Source: Antedon mediterranea (taxonomy: Eukaryota; Animalia; Echinodermata). Taken from it: a DNA stretch of 64,000 nucleotides. The stretch lies in the NCBI RefSeq assembly GCF_964355755.1, contig NC_092676.1, forward strand, positions 6,177,888 to 6,241,887, given 5' to 3'. Below the pieces are notes generated by a model that was not told where the DNA came from, did no database searches, and worked only from the letters and a program-made list of their open reading frames with translations. The translations under genes and the position numbers were made by a program. This document shows, one piece after another, positions 48,197 to 61,741 of this stretch. Positions within the stretch are counted from its first letter, which is position 1; each line of letters opens with the position of its first letter.

Positions 48197-51100
48197 ATGA
48201 TTGACATCATCATGCTGAACGATACCAATGAAACAGTTTGCGCTACTACCTTGGTGACGTCAAAGGAAATGTTTGAATGTAAGTGACGCACCTATCGTGT
48301 CGGCTTCTTTTAATGTTCACCTTAGTTGTTGTTCCTACTACGGTGTAGTTGAAGTGAAATTAACTACTGTCGACTATTTTACTGCATATATATAATTAGA
48401 AAACCGGTGGTGAGCCACAGTCTCATCACCATAGTAACAATAGACATTGATAGGCCTTCTTAAATTTAGCTTTAGCATTTACTGTATGTAGGTCCACGTT
48501 CTACTCTAGGCCTACTTTGTTTCGTAGGAGTATATGAATATAAATTAGTATTACCGTAGTTATAATAATGTATAACATAATATACACGATCATTTTCAAT
48601 TACTGAGTCATTTATTTTCAATATTGATACTGTGTATATTATTGAACATCCGAAATTATTATTAATGTTAGGCCTATATGTTTTTTATTTCTTATAGGGA
48701 ATACGTCACATATATCAAGTAAGTTACTCCTTGCCACAGCCTCAGTTTTAACATGTCTTACTTTTTGTTTGTTCCTCGAATCTTTCAAGTATATGACATC
48801 AAAAGTACCGTTTGGAGCCAGAAGGGGCTACTTAGCTTGGCTGATTGGAATATACCCTGTAAGTACGCGTCCTATTATTTAGTACCGTATTTAAAGATCA
48901 AGTACTTAACACACTGATGACGCCATTGATTAGGTAGCGACGAGTCAAGTGCATTTTAGAATTCAACCATAAATGTTTGTGGCCTGTTAACATTTAATAT
49001 AATAGCCTTGATATGTGTATTTATTCTCTCGGGTAGGCATACATCTCATGTAGAATTATGTTCTAAATTAAATACATTAGTAGCGGCAGTTTTAGGCCTA
49101 AAAATCGCACTTCTATACCAGCAGTATATATATGTATATATATATCCAATCTGCAGACAGTACTGTTTCGATCTTATTAGATCTCGTCAGTGCAGCTCAG
49201 GTTTCGAAATGAAATGTACCGCAGAACTGGCACATAGGCTGAGCCAGGTATGCGAGACATGGTACACTGATTATGAACACAAAGAGTGCACAAGCTCAAC
49301 GAGCGTGCTTTGCAAAATGCTAATAGTATTCACAACAAAAATTATATATATATTTATAATATATATATAAATGTGCCGTTTGTTTTATTCTGAAACAGGT
49401 TTTCTCGGCAACGTCTCTAACTGGTATTTATATTCCACGTGCGTCTATTCTTGCCAACTGGTGCGCCAATATGTAAGTATGCATAGTACGCCTAATGACT
49501 AAATTTTTCTACAATTTCTTATAGGTTTTTTATTCTTTAGAAAAAAAATGGTAGGGCCTATTTATTAACAGGATTGAGAATGAAAATGCTCTACTGTAAT
49601 AATTGAAGGAGTAAAATGTCCTGAAAGATGGTGGTAGGCCTAATCATAAGCGCAAAGTGTCTGCGAAAGAAAATGCATTCATTAAATTAAAATTATCTTG
49701 AGAAAGAAAAAGATTTTGATAGGCCTATTCGTTGATGGAAAGTTTCCCGATTGTAGTTTGGGCGTACCTGGTCATTTTGTATTTAATTTAATCTTATAGG
49801 CAACTTACAGTTTGTATTTTATTTCTATTTCATAACAGTTATCTAGCCGTATGCATATATGCGTTTCTTATGTTAACGGTCAATTATTTCGGAGGGGTCA
49901 TGGTTATGGTTGAAAGACTGAAAGATACCAAGATTCGTCTAAATCGACCTCCGCTTGCTTGCTGTTGTCTCTGCCTGCCTAACATAATTTTGACAGAGTA
50001 AGTTATATTTAAAGTACTGTCGTATTTTTTAACACGGCATCTCCCCCTTCTCTACTTCTTCCCTCTATCTTTCATCGTCTCGTTCTACCTGTATAGTCCA
50101 GTACTGAAAACACGTATAGGTACAGTAGTAGAATTGGCTACGACTTACGAGTTAGGATTTTATCAAAATGGATCATCAGCAGTCATCATGATTGCGTATA
50201 TTTTCTTTTTTTCTAACCAACAGTATGTTTTGTCTTCAGGGTACATTTTCATAGAATACGAATTGCCGTTCTACAAGTGTGTGTTATTCGACCATTGGTT
50301 CTGTTTATTGCCGCCGTTCTTTGGGCAGACGGAATCTATGTTCAGGCTCAGGTACCGTAGCTTACTATTATTGCACAATGGAATGTCCGTATTTTAAGAG
50401 TCAGCAAAGACTCATGATGATTCTAAAAGAATATCCTATCCTATACAAAATGTACATCCAATACTACCTATCAAATTGTGAAGAAAGCGAAAAATACGTA
50501 TGTAGGCCTATATGCCTTGGTGTTGACTTTAAACTTCATAAAGGGGCGGAGCCATGACATCACCGCCGCTTGAAGAAACAGGCAACTTTCGTTAATTAAA
50601 CTGTTCATCCACCAGGTTGTGATTTTGCCAAAGCAATATAACCGGGTAATTACTGAACGGGGCGGAATTTGTGCCGTCTCTTCGTGCCCAAAATTAATAG
50701 TACGAATTAGATACAGGCATCATGTTTTCTCTCGTATAGATTTCTAAAGATTCAGCATTTGTTTATCTCAACACGGTTAGTCTTATCTCAACCTTGATCG
50801 CAGTTTATTCTCTGTCAATACTTCACAAGGCGTCGGTCGAACCGCTCAAGGGATATCTTATCAAATCCAAGTTTATAAGTATGAAGATTGTTATGTTAAC
50901 AACAAACATTCAGAATTTAGTGTTGGCTTTCTTGTCCCGATTTGGAGTTATAGAATGCAGTACGCATTTCAGCTCAGAAGTAAGAGCAAACAGTAAGTAG
51001 GCATTTAATTATGATTAATTTTGACAGATAAAGCTTGGTTCCACTAGGATGCAAGGATGTAAGCGAAACGAAAGCGAAATAATTTTAACAATCATAGGCG

Positions 51101-52958
51101 ATACAGGGCCGTAGCCAGGATCTGTCAAGGGGGGGTTCGCACACTAAGTATTTGGGTCACCCCCACCCCCATACCTACCCCCCCCTGAGGCGAAGCAAAT
51201 TTTGTTAAATGACACCCCTAGATGGCCGGAAAAGACACTCTCATGCAGCATGCTACCAATGAGCAAAACGATCGTACTTGGACTCATGGACTAACGATAA
51301 CATTTGTTGCCGTATGTTAGATGCGCGTGCTCTGTGCGGAACCGCCGATTGTTTGATCATTTTACTCGATATTTTGTTTTGCGTTCAAGTTCAATGCGAA
51401 CGTACGTCTAGGAGAAGCCCCGAAAAAAGCACACTGGGTGAAGGCAAATGCAATTCTTATTATAGCTCTATCTATAATATTTATTTACAGCAATTTGTTG
51501 AGGAAATTAAATATGCCAATGTAAATAGGTGATATTGATACATTTGAGTACGTATCGGCTGGTGGTCTAGAAAAAAATAATCGGATGTCATAATGTGAAC
51601 TACAGTACATGATACCATAGATATTATAGTGTAAAATATTAATATTCACTATAATCCTCTATGATACATTATACTTTATAGCCACACATAAATACTGATG
51701 TATGTCGGAAGGTTATATACTTTATGCATGCTGCCTGACTGCCAGTGATCTAAACAATTGGTACGCAGTTGTCTGGCGGTGTCCTTTGTACGAATCGTTC
51801 GTCCGTCCCCCAGCTCGCTGTGAGACGCGTCAATATCATGTTACATGCAGGGACCAAACATTTGTTTTTCAGGTTAAAATCGGCAATTCATTTGCAACTC
51901 TTTACAGACTATATCACTCGAAGTACTCTCATACAGGGAAGAAGGTACTGTATGAGTTATTCCGAACGAGTTTACAAATTTTTTAATTTACGAACAACTT
52001 TTTGTACTGTGGGGCACGTATTTGGACGATTTTCGGAGATGAGGGTGAGGTATTGGGCATGTCGGGGATGGGGGTTCGCAGTCGGTTAAGGGGGGTTCGC
52101 TGTAAAGGGGGGGGGTTCGCCCGAACCATAAAAACCCCCCCTGGCTACGGGCCTGCGATAGATTATTCGGTGATTGGTCAACTCGCTTGCGCTGCGCTTA
52201 CGTCCTTTCGTTGTGTCAAAGTAGGAACCAAGTTTAAGCGGCTAACCGATAGACTGTCGCTCACAGTAATTTCTTGCAAAATACGACTGAATGAACGAAT
52301 TATACCAACACCATATCTAGAGGTCCAGTTGTATTCCCACTACATATAGTCTATTCCACTAAAGACAAATCCTAAAATATTTATTGACTTAAGCGGAATA
52401 CTTAGTATCAAAAATATCTGACTTAAGTATAATTGGTGAATATGGCCACATGTTGTTGGGAAAGAAAATGAGACCACCACTAGAACCATTTATTAAAAGC
52501 CATTTTCCATTTCACCCCCAAAAAAATAAAGAAAATAGAGATCATGGCCGTAGGGTGGTCCGTCTAAACCCAAAAATGTGTATCGTTATAATTATAGTAG
52601 GCCCATCTACTAACAGCACACTCACGCACCAAGTTTATACTTTTAATGGCACTTGTTTTGTTTTACGTTTTGTTTCACAGTTTTGTATAACTACTTAGTT
52701 GTGTTTGAGACATTTTTCATGCTTTTCATTGGACGATTGATCTTAAGCCAGTGGAAGGACATACGATGCAATCCAGTAGACACGCTAAGCATGGCCAGTT
52801 CAGGTTTGCCGCCAAATATATTTGATCTTGATATCAACGACGCCGCTAGGCGTAACTATATTTCACTTTTGAAAAGCGTTTCAATGATGGATGAAACGGT
52901 AGTAAAGACGGCGTGTGAAAACTCGAGGATTGTGAAAACGTTGGAAACCGATGTATGA
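48197..52958 (+). CDS. SLC51A: organic solute transporter subunit alpha-like (OSTalpha), ~372 aa, 7 exons
   Basis: Exons 48197-48278, 48698-48858, 49399-49472, 49839-49997, 50240-50351, 50740-50992 and 52681-52958 (1119 nt, phases consistent; alternative ATG at 48212). Multiple hydrophobic segments and the family motifs GIYPVFSATSLTGIYIPR, YLAVCIYAFLMLTVNYFGG, the Cys cluster PPLACCCLCLP, VLQVCVIRP, LWADG and YNYLVVFE. Confidence 0.9.
51104..52155. mobile_element. TIR element (CAGGGCCGTAGCCAGG...CCTGGCTACGGGCCTG) inserted in a family C MITE
   Basis: 16-bp TIRs with 1 mismatch, gggggttcg subterminal motifs, and cgata on both sides. Host MITE halves at 51032-51103 and 52156-52234 with a TAA TSD. 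Confidence 0.85.
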
Positions 52959-53614
52959 TCGAATACAAAATGATCGGCGACGTTGTTAGGCGACGTATGG
53001 CCGAAGCTGAACCAAATAAATTATTTCCACATACCATTTAGTCGCAATAAAATCTACGACGATACGACAAGACGATATCGTTATTTATTGTCGTTGATAT
53101 TATCTGTTATCGTTTATTTACACTCGTTTGTGAGACTGTATTTCTGTTTCTGTCATCTTCCTGTTATCTAGATTTCATTTTTATACAACCCGTGTGTTTT
53201 GATATACAGTAAATGAATACGGTATTAGGATTAGAAAATAAATGGCAAGAAAACGCAATAATTTAATGTTAATTAAGATTTAATTTAAGAGGAAGATTTT
53301 TACTTAAAATATACTTTATGCAGTTTATTTTATTTTATTTCATCTTCATCCAACAGCGACCAAAGTCGCCCATAACAGGATTTTATATACTGTACATTGC
53401 AGAAACAGGGTGTTCGATTTGGCAACTTTACGATAGATATTAATGGTATTTCATAGCGTACAGAAATTAGTCTAATTCTTCCATGGTCATAAGCTATTCG
53501 ATATGATTACTGTTAAATACATCGCTTTTCATATTGTGTTTGTCGTATTAGAAAAGTATTAAAGACAAGCCTGTAGATATAAAATATTTATCAAGTTCCT
53601 AGGTACTATAGCTA

Positions 53615-56600
53615 CTATTTATCCTGTTTTGGTGGATTACATTGTAGAGCCCAAGCTATCTCCATAAACGGGTCAGCATCAGTATTGGTGACGTAAGTAG
53701 CTTCCATAAGTTTAGTCACTGTTCTTTTCCGTACCCAGTCATTTAAGAACGACTTATATAAACTCGCAGATAATACCGACATATCGAATCCGTGTATGGC
53801 GTATCCACGTCTAGAGGTCCACTTTGCACCATGGGGTGACAGGCATTTTTTAACGTGAACACATTTAATAACGTCTTCCCATAAACGTTCATGCAGACTG
53901 GAATTTCTCACCATCAATAACCCACCAGATTCAATCATCGGAGAGTTTTCAAGTTGTTTCTTAAATGTCTCATTCAGCCCCATATGTAAAAACATATTAG
54001 GATGCGTGTTGGATACTACAGATCTGTTGAGCAGTTTCGCCGCAATTCCGTAGTTTTCTATTGTGTACGGAAAAAGGTGGTCGATGGAACTTCGGAATCG
54101 TGACGTCGGATTTGCATAGTACACTGCGCCATATTCATCCAGAAGATCCTTTAAAAGGAAAGTAATGATAATACCTGATTTGCATATTGTTCAGGTGTAA
54201 GCAAGCAATGTCAAATGGCAATCTCATTTTCTAATAGTAGCTAATCTATATTATAAGTGAGAGAGTTTGTAAGTTTGTCTGTCTGTTTGTTCGTTATACA
54301 CATTTTTGTTACTGCACGTAACCTTACATGAGGTATCAAAATGACCGCAATTAATTGTACCGGGAATGTTAAACTATATTTGAACATCATCCGCCATCTA
54401 GGATCCAAGTTAGGGACCAAAATGTGTTCAAAATGGCCCATTTTCCCCCACTTTTGATGTTTGTTCGTTATACAAATTTCTGTTTCTGCATGTAACCATA
54501 CATTATGGGGTATCGAAATGACCGCAATTGTACCGGGAATGTTCTAAACTATATTTGAACATCATCCGCCATCTAGGATCCAAGTTAGGGGCCAAAATGG
54601 CCTATTTCCCCCCACTTTTGATGTTTGTTCGTTATACACATTTCTGTTTCTGCATGTAACCATACATATGGGGTATCAAAATGATCGCAATTGTACCGGG
54701 AATATTCTAAACTATATTTGAACATCATCCGCCATCTAGGATCCAAGTTAGGGGCCAAAATGTGGTCAAAATGGCCCATTTCCCCCCACTTTTTGATGTT
54801 TGTTCGTTATACAAATTTCTGTTTCTGCATGTAACCATACATATGGGGTATCAAAATGATCGCAATTGTACCGGGAAGGTTTTAAACTACGTTTGAAAAC
54901 CATTTATACCAAGATTAGATATTCCAATTATCAGCCAATTTATCACCTATTTATTTACACATTTTACAACGTACATTTTGAAGCTGAAGTTGAATTGAAT
55001 TTGTCGTGGGAAGAATTTGTTTTAAAAATAGAGTGTGGGGTGTTATTGAAGAGGGGTGAGTATAAGGAGACCTGGAGTCGGGTGTTAATAGGCTTCCTAC
55101 GGTACTGAAAAGGCTGTAAATTAATTTTGAAACCCGCCCTGGGGCGGGTATAATTGTTAGTCATGTATAAAAGCTTCTTACGTGAAAGTGGCGACAACGT
55201 TTTGTAAAAGTCATATGGACATTTTAATTAACACAACGATATAAAAGTGAGACGGAATGTAACCCAAAAAGTTCTGTTCCCACGCAACGCAAAAACATAA
55301 GTGAACCGAAAGTAATCTGACCAATCACAACGCGATGGATCATCCGAACTATCGCTTGTGATTGGTCAGCTCTTGCGGAAGCAAGCTTTAGTTGATTGGT
55401 CAGTTGGGATAACAAACTTACCTTCATTGCTAGCACCCTCCATCCGTTGTTATCAATGTTCTTGATATGGCTGGGATGGTTGCGAAATGGAAAGTCTTTT
55501 ATTTCTACGTTGCATAGTTGTTTAAGCTGTAGAAAAAAATAACTAACTCTGTAAATGTATATTGGTGCTTAACAATTAAATGAGTGAAATGAACTTACAT
55601 GTAATGCTCTGCACTACCAAATGTGAATATGATGTGCCCATATTGGGACACCAGGGGACACGATGACGTCATACCACTACCATACCACACCTTTTTTGTC
55701 AAACTAGTTTGATAATGTAGCTCAGCACTGTCTTCCTTTATCATATTTGTGTGACCTCAACAATTTTAAACACTCATTTTTTTTAGTCCGTTTCATGAAA
55801 TGATAGACACTTTAAAAATAGTAACATAGTTATTCTGATAACATATATGCTATAACAAATGCTGGACTTACACGGTTTTTAATACCTTCTTTCATCCCAA
55901 GATTGTATATAATAATCTTCCGTCTGGGCATGTGAATTTGTGCCGATACGATTAAGCCAAATCCTATTTTTGCATTAAATTTCGTAAATCCTGTCATAAT
56001 CACAGTCTGTGCTTTTAACTGGTCAACTGTCCAGTTTCCAATACCAACCGCTGTGCTTACTTGATGGATATTTTCCATGTATACTGGTTTTTGGTTGGCA
56101 AACATTTCATTCATAAACTGTTGAAATTCTAAATGTTCTTCTGTGTGGTTGTTAGGTTTGATTAGGTGACTATTTTGCTTGCTTTTGTAATACAGGTTTT
56201 GCCGGGATTCTGCTAGGTGACTGTAGATTTTAGAATTAAATATATGTATTTGCGGTAACAACCCGTTCTTATGTTGTTGATTGTGCTTCTGACTTGCATG
56301 GTCATCCGTGACTACTTGTGAAACCAAAGTAAAAAATAAAATAAGTTAGCTTACACATTTCATAGCAGCAATAACATAACACATCGTGATCTCTTTGCTT
56401 TTCTTCCTTATATCTTTACTCTTTTTTAAAAGTTTTTAATAAACGATTTTTATTTTATTATATTTATATTTTTGCTTTATGTACACGACAACTTACGATC
56501 AAATAACAGTTTTTCACATCGCAACTTATACAACGTAATTTTGAAAACTACATCCATTTTTCTATATACATACAACGTACATTTCTAGTCTAACACAAAG

Positions 56601-57267
56601 TTTTTCTAAACTTTCTATTATCTAAAAGTCGAAGATAGCCAGGTCTCGGATCCACTCTATTGTCGCCACAGATTGATATCTTCATCAGTACTTCTATGAA
56701 TGGATGATTAGGTGGGAACACGAACGCTAGTTGATCATACCCAGTACCGTTTTGATCGTACGATTAATCGGGAAACCACCTCACGACAATAACATCGTTT
56801 CGTTAACACATTTCATAGCAGCAATAACATCGTGAAGTGGTGAAATCATGTGTTTCGTTACACATTTCATATAGCAGCAATAACATCGTGAAGTGGTGAA
56901 ATCATGTGTTTCGTTAACACATTTCATAGCAGCAATAACATCGTGAAGTGGTGAAATCATGTGTTTCGTTATGTTTATTTGTATTGTTTTATTATGTTTT
57001 TAAATTGACGAAATAAATTAAATGAAGCGGAAAAAAAATGTTAATCTGTTAATTTTTACTTGATTGTTCTTGAATATATGAACAAATGCAAAGTAATATA
57101 TTATACAGTATAATATTTGTCATTTAACAAACACGGGATGGTATTGGCGGGGAAAATGTAATGAACTTACGTGTATGCCTTAATCTAAATATAAGTAAAA
57201 TGTATACAACTACACACACGACGCAACCAGCAAAGAAAGCGGTTAATTTACACGGTTTTATTTTCAT
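53615..57267 (-). CDS. type II membrane protein, DUF1647-like (putative glycosyltransferase-like), ~391 aa, 4 coding exons
   Basis: Exons (minus) 57267-57171, 56311-55872, 55526-55422 and 54148-53615; 1176 nt, phases consistent. Signal anchor MKIKPCKLTAFFAGCVVCVVVYILLIF, a stem region, then VIMTG...PRRKIIIYNLGM...LKQLCNVEIKDFPFRNHPSHI...W...LLDEYGAVYY...RF and CLSPHGA...HGFDMSVLS, as in DUF1647 proteins. An acceptor at 57270 implies an upstream non-coding exon. Confidence 0.8.
54245..55160 (+). mobile_element. non-autonomous Helitron-like element with internal ~170-bp tandem repeats
   Basis: a|TCTATATTATAA 5' end, GC hairpin acccgccctggggcgggt about 11 nt before a TTAG|t (CTAG-like) 3' end, no TSD. 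Repeat units start at 54284, 54458, 54622 and 54797. Confidence 0.7.
56408..56786. repeat. ~380-bp interspersed repeat, copy 2
   Basis: Matches 23958-24336; embedded in the ~57-bp tandem array (acacatttcatagcagcaataacatcgtgaagtggtgaaatcatgtgtttcgtta) at ~56350-56970. Confidence 0.9.
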
Positions 57268-57567
57268 TTCTGAAAAAAAAAAAATGAAAAGCCTACAAAG
57301 TACATAACAATAGTAGGTATGCCTATACAGTAGCCTACTATGAATAGTTTGAAACGTTATATTGCAATCAACGCAGGACTGAACACAATACAGTAGTGAC
57401 GTAATGACGATATGCTAGGACCAATTTATGATAAGGCAAAAAAAAAAAAATTGTTTGTTTGCTGTCATCCGCCGCCCCTAATTTCGCCAAAAATTTGGGG
57501 CGGAGATAAGAAAAAGTTTTTTTTGTACGTTGAGGGCGCTTTTTAAACAAAAGTTTTTTTATCACTG

Positions 57568-58376
57568 GGTGACTACTTCTTCGCATGCAGCTAAAGTAAA
57601 ATGACGTCACGTTAAAGCCTGTCGTCAAATAAGCGCGGAGCGGCGCTATACAATCTTTGATTTTACAAAATGTTTTCAGTGATAAATGATGGTGCGATCG
57701 GTGGTACGGAAAATAAAATTATTCCGATTTTGTTCCTGATAACAAAGAAGCAGATTAAATATAGTTGTTTATTTGACCCATTTGGCTTAGATGCCTATGC
57801 CTAGAAAGATTTTCTATGATACTATCTACTCACTAGCGGCCTAAAATACAGTATATTTGAGTAGTAGTTTATTAGTACACTACACACTATCACTGCCTAT
57901 CAGGCCATCCATATCCTCCTTCATCGTTACCGCGTGGCATAGTGTACATCTGCACGATGCCACGGCTAACTACACTTCCCACCCACCCTAGCAGCTAGGT
58001 ATGCACTGCGCTGCCACTAGGCCTAGGGCCTAGCCTATTTCGGATCTCATGTCTTGCAACATCTGAAAATACATAATGTACTAATAATACTGTACATTAT
58101 TGTTATTTTTTATTCGCACTGGAAGGAAGTATCCAGGCTTTCCTGTTATGTTAAAATTAAATATATTATTTATTATCCTCAGCAGTGAAAAAAATTATAT
58201 TTTGTTGTACAGTATATGCCGTGATTTTAATTGTTAAAAACATGATCGTCAGTAGTCGATGGCTCAGGAGTTTCGATAAATCTCGCGTCGCGCGTGGTGG
58301 AAAACACGCGCATGATACTCTGTGACGACCCACTTTAACGTGACGTCATTTAGCTGCATGCGAAAAAGTAGTCACC
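57568..58376. mobile_element. TIR element (~55-bp imperfect TIRs)
   Basis: ggtgactacttcttcgcatgcagctaaa...atgacgtcacgttaaag...gtcgtca versus tgacgac...ctttaacgtgacgtcatttagctgcatgcgaaaaagtagtcacc. Confidence 0.75.
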
Positions 58377-59902
58377 GATTTTTTTTGGCCGAAAAGGTGT
58401 AAAAATCGAGTATGCGAGGATGAAACAATAAAAATAATAACGTAGCATATATTTCGGTGTATAATCGCACTTTTGACACGCAAATTTAACCTCTAAATTA
58501 AGGGTGCGTCTTATACACTTATACAACATAAATGCCTCAACACACAGATATCGCCACCTCGTTTGCTAGGCCTGGGCTTTTTAAGGTAAGGCCTAGGCCC
58601 ATATTAGTATTTACTAAAGTCTAAATAAAGAGTAGGCCTAGCCTAGTACAGTGTACTAGCGTAACAGCAACCTGCTAGTTTTCAAGGCATTCTAGCGTGA
58701 TTTTGTACTAAATATGATGAAAAGACTTGTTCATTATGGAGCTGTTTTAGGCGCTCCGATAAAATTTCATTTGTAAACGTAACGTTAACGATTGGAATAG
58801 TATTATAGTTATACGCACGACCGTCGTACCCCCAGCGTGAGCGAGTAGTTCTTGGCAACCACATTGTGTACACAGTATTCGACTAGTATATTCTCCAGTT
58901 GATTATAGCATAGACCTAGCGTACACACTTCTAGGATACATAGATACTCGTATCCGGATATTCACCCCCTGGACATTTACCCCCCGGAAAACTACCCCCC
59001 GGACAACCACCACCTGGACCACTACCCCCTTTAGGACAACTACCCCTTTAGGACAACTACCCCCGGACAAATACCCCCCGGACAACAACCCCCTTAGGAC
59101 AACTACTCCCTTAGGACAACTACTCCCTGGACAACTACCCCCGGACAATTACCCCCTAGGAACAATTACCCCCCCGGACAATAACCCCCGGACAATTACC
59201 CCCCCCCCCCCTCCCGGGTAATTACCCCGCGGACAACTACCTCTGACACAATACTCCCCGTAGGACAACTACTTCCTGGACAATACTCCGAGGGCAAATA
59301 ATCTTTTAGGACAACTACCTCCGTAGGACAACTAGCCCCTGGACAACTACCCCCCGGACAATTACCCCTAGGAACAATTACCCCTGACAATTACCCCCCG
59401 GCGATTCCCCCCCCCCCCGGGTAATTACCCCGCGGACAACTACTTCTGACACAATACTCCCCGTAGGACAACTACCTCCTTGACCTGGACAATACTCCGA
59501 GGGCAAATAATCTTTTAGGACAACTACCTTCGTAGGACAACTAACCCCTGGACAACTACCACCCAGAAAAATATCCCTTTAGAACAACTACCCCCCGGAC
59601 GGACAACTACCACCCAGACCATTCAACAACCTGACTCTGCAACAGTGTATAATAGGAATTAATAACTATATTTTAATTCGTTACTTTGACGAACTACTAT
59701 TCACTAGATGGTACGCTCGCTTCGCTCGCGTACCATCTAGGCCTAGGTCGTGCCCACAGATGGTTCTCGAATACATAATAATGTCAGCGTTAAAAAACTG
59801 GCGATTTCAAATGTACAATAATGTAGGACAATAATACATGTCGTTTACAGGAACGAATAAATAGACACTGTGATTTATGTACTCAACTAAAATTAGCACC
59901 CT

Positions 59903-60614
59903 GGGAATTACTTCCGAAAGAGAAACTTGTCACAAAATGAGACCAATTGTTTAAGTCAAATTTAAACAAACTTAATTTGTGTTTTGTATGTAACAATATG
60001 GTTGAGGGATGGGGAAGAGGATGGGTGCAAAGAGGAACAATTTTTAAATATATTCTTTATCCATTTAGTAACGAAATATTAATTGTTTTCATGTTTTACA
60101 AATAATATACCACTAAACACAGTAAAACATGCGATGTAATACTTTGTTGAAACTATCACCGTCCTAGTCGATTGAAATAGTACAGTACATGTAACGATAC
60201 ATCACTAACGACGTGTATATGTTTATATAATGTTAAACAATTTGTGAAAACCACCTCTATTCGGGGCAAATCATAAATTCGATTTAATCGTTAATAAATA
60301 TTAAATTATCTAACTCAACTTAATTAGTAGGCCTAATGGTTTTCAATTGTTTCTAGAGCCAATTCATACTTAAGTTGGTTCCTACCCTACCCACCAAAGT
60401 TGTTGTTGATATCCCTCGTACCACCGTAGGCCTATCCTCTACTGGCTTTACAACGCTACTCATGCCAGTGAGGGAAGGGTGATGATGTGGGTGGTTTAAC
60501 TGCAATAATAAAGATTTGTACATAATATACAGCGACAGAAAACGCTAGCTCATTATCCGTTAAAAAAAAAATCTATATCCAACCTCTGCAGCACAGATTG
60601 AAAAAAAAATGGAT
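59903..60614 (+). repeat. left arm of a >=0.7-kb inverted duplication
   Basis: Reverse complement of 63271-64000, with scattered substitutions and indels; the right arm runs off the window end. Confidence 0.95.
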
Positions 60615-61164
60615 CGAATTTCTGTTATGAGTATACAGTACTTGCCTTTACGACGCCTAAGGGAATAGACACTTGTGGAACAGAGATTGGAATGTTCCAT
60701 TCATCGCAAATCAATACATTTGTATAAACGTATATTAAAGGTATCAAAATAGCATTTTTTAAGGAAAATCGGCCTGTCTTCAACATTATGATGCTATACT
60801 CGAGCTGTTCAACCGGTTTTCAGCTATTAAAAACAATTATCGTAGGAGGAGATAGGAAAATGCGAAGTGTCCTCGTATTATTGTGTGCGGGTATTTTTCA
60901 AATTGACATCAATTAGACAGTGTATACCACGATCAGAAAACACCCCTATTTGGGGCAAATCGTTGAACCTAAATTCGTTTTAATCGATCAATAACTAATT
61001 ATTATTATTATAACAGGGTTACATCAGGTGGTTAAAATCAGTACCGAAATTACGAACCAACTTTATATACCATCGAGTAAACATTCTAGAAATAACGCGC
61101 GATTTACCGAATTTTGCCCTTACGTAAATTTATATATAGATTATTGTAAACAAAAGTAAAAGAT

Positions 61165-61206
61165 CAGGGAAGAGTTAAATTAAAAGAGTAATTTAACTCT
61201 TCCCTG
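61165..61206. mobile_element. 42-bp TIR-only element with 8-bp TSD (hAT-like)
   Basis: taaaagat|CAGGGAAGAGTTAAATTA-aaagag-TAATTTAACTCTTCCCTG|taaaagat. Confidence 0.8.
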
Positions 61207-61741
61207 TAAAAGATTGAACATAAATATAGCTTGGTATAAACTGAAGATTGTCACACATGATCATAGGATAGTCGAACGTAATTATTTAGTACTCCCTGTA
61301 TTTACTGTAAAGACTGGGTTTGCTAATAATAATAATAATTTTTGCGTCAGGACAATGCTTCGATAACCACTGGTCTTAAAAGAATTAATTTTTGTCTCAA
61401 ATTTAGTCATATATGTATTTTTGTACACTTGAAGAATAATATCACTTTTGATATTTGACCTCAATGTTCACTCACCGAATAAACGGCGATCTTTAAATAA
61501 ATTCCCCTCAAATAAACAGTGACCATGTCACTCCCATGAAACATCATATGGAATAATCGGCGTCTATTTCCATTAGATTATACCCCCTCCCATTGAATAA
61601 ACAACTTTCTTCCAATAAATGTCCACCTAAAAACCACCTAAACAATAAACAGCCCAGGCCGTTTTTTCAATAAATACGGTACTTTAAATCTAGCACATCT
61701 AGGGTCTAGCGTGCTGTTAAACAGAATAATCGGTTAAAAAC

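Noticed and set aside
52958-53615. Overlapping 3' UTRs of the convergent genes
   Set aside because: Each strand has AATAAA signals (plus ~53014-53240; minus ~53325-53340) that allow termination without overlap, so overlap cannot be supported from the sequence.
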